Below are positions 62,784 to 64,000 of a DNA stretch of 64,000 nucleotides, piece after piece. The stretch covers positions 310,001 to 374,000 of the forward strand of contig MU004181.1 in NCBI GenBank assembly GCA_010093605.1, given 5' to 3'. Position 1 is the first letter of the stretch. The number at the start of each line of letters is the position of its first letter. This stretch comes from Lophium mytilinum. Its lineage: Eukaryota. The notes beneath the pieces are model-generated. The model did not search any database, was not told the DNA's origin, and saw nothing but the letters and a program-made list of their open reading frames with translations. The position numbers were made by a program, and so were the translations under genes.

Positions 62784-63928
62784 ATGTCAGACCCTTTAAT
62801 TCTCCTGGCCGCAGCCAACAGTCAGAATCGCGAACCACCGAGAACCGTCGGGGGAAAACTCAAGCATGTGCTACAATGCTCGCTTGGCATTTGCGTCTGC
62901 GTGCCCTACATTTGCATAACCTCCTGTTGTGATGTCTGGAATTATAAGATCAGGAAAAGGCCGGACCGGAGAGGTTGGTGTGGCACTAGCAGACTCGGGC
63001 CAGTCCGTAGGCAAAGGTCAAATGAGCAACCACCGACGCGCCGCGAAGCTCGGATCGATATCGAGTTTGCGTGTCAGGAACCCTTCAAATTCGAACCTCC
63101 TCCACCTCCATCATTGTACCGGCCTCATTCACCAAGAGAACGCAAGTTGACTATTATGAGGGCCTCAGACGTGAACGAGCATCACGACGTCAATAGCCAA
63201 AAGGGTTCGATGCTCTTCAGCAAATTGCCTCCAGAACTCCGGCTGCTCATCTACCGATATTCGCTGTGTGGGTGGGTATTCCATCTCGAGGCCTGGAATG
63301 AGGATACGTGTCCTTGTTTACGTGCAGTTCGTTGTACAGCGTCCAATGACCTCCCATCTCGGGCGCATGGATGCTGGAAATACGGATTGCCTGAGCACCC
63401 GCCGCCCATGCCACCACTTTCATTACTATTAAGCTGTAAGAGAATGTAGGTATCTGTATCTTCCTAAAGGTTGTTATGCTAAATACAGATAGCTATTCTG
63501 AAGCAGTTGATAGTCTCTACCATAACACCTTCGACTTCCGCGACCCAAAGCAGTTTTTCAAGCTCCCTTTGCTTATCCTCCCGCAACGCTTCCACGCCAT
63601 TCAATCTCTTCAATTCGACTATTGCATGGGTGATGGATTTGATGGTCAATGGGACTGGCCTTTCAATCTCTGGGACCTCGTCGCATCTATGAAAGGCCTT
63701 GAGCAGCTCAGAGTCCGATATCTGGTGGGAAAAGACCATCAGAGTTATTGGTTTCGCTTTCAGGATCATTATTTGCAGCCGCTGATCGAGGCGGAAATTG
63801 CAGCGGATGTGGAGATCATCCTGCCTTTCGCGGCGTGTGAGAGAGCTAGGATTGGGAAATCGAACTTCAGAATCACCATACCAGAGATGGATGGTTACCG
63901 GATGGTCGAAGCTGAAAGAGACGTATGA
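62784..63928 (+). CDS. DUF7730-like (F-box-like) fungal protein
   Basis: ATG 62784; QKGSMLFSKLPPELRLLIYRYSL..LLLSCKR, intron 63446-63492, YSEAVDSLYHNTF..MKGLEQL. Confidence 0.85.
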
Positions 63929-64000
63929 AAAGAGACGGGTACGGCTAAGGAATAAAATAAATCGATATTATCGGGAACCCCGCTCGCAAAGATACATCTA

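Overview
Eukaryotic DNA from a filamentous ascomycete (inferred from short GT..CTRAY..YAG introns, a fungal-type U6 and non-reducing PKS fragments). It looks like an accessory, fast-evolving region, and I recognise no intact housekeeping gene or transposase. Coding content: at least seven paralogous F-box-like genes or pseudogenes (3-38 kb), a pair of Cys/His-rich paralogs, two low-complexity proteins sharing a Cys4 motif, and three DUF7730-like genes (59.5-63.9 kb) whose promoters are rich in CACGTG boxes. The most interesting content is RNA-level. (1) A Pol III-type tRNA-like gene runs directly into a pre-miRNA-like hairpin (2131-2264). Its 5' arm is complementary, 18-20 of 20 nt, to four sites at 40.3-44.0 kb, inside a mosaic of scrambled PKS and LSM8 fragments. 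(2) A U6 snRNA variant has CCGGAGA in place of the invariant ACAGAGA box. (3) A candidate intron-containing U1-like snRNA begins with CUCACCU. (4) There are captured SF3B4 and LSM8 fragments. (5) About 8 kb of the minus strand is packed with splice signals but has no long ORF. All calls were made by eye, without database searches; intron boundaries and family names need computational confirmation.
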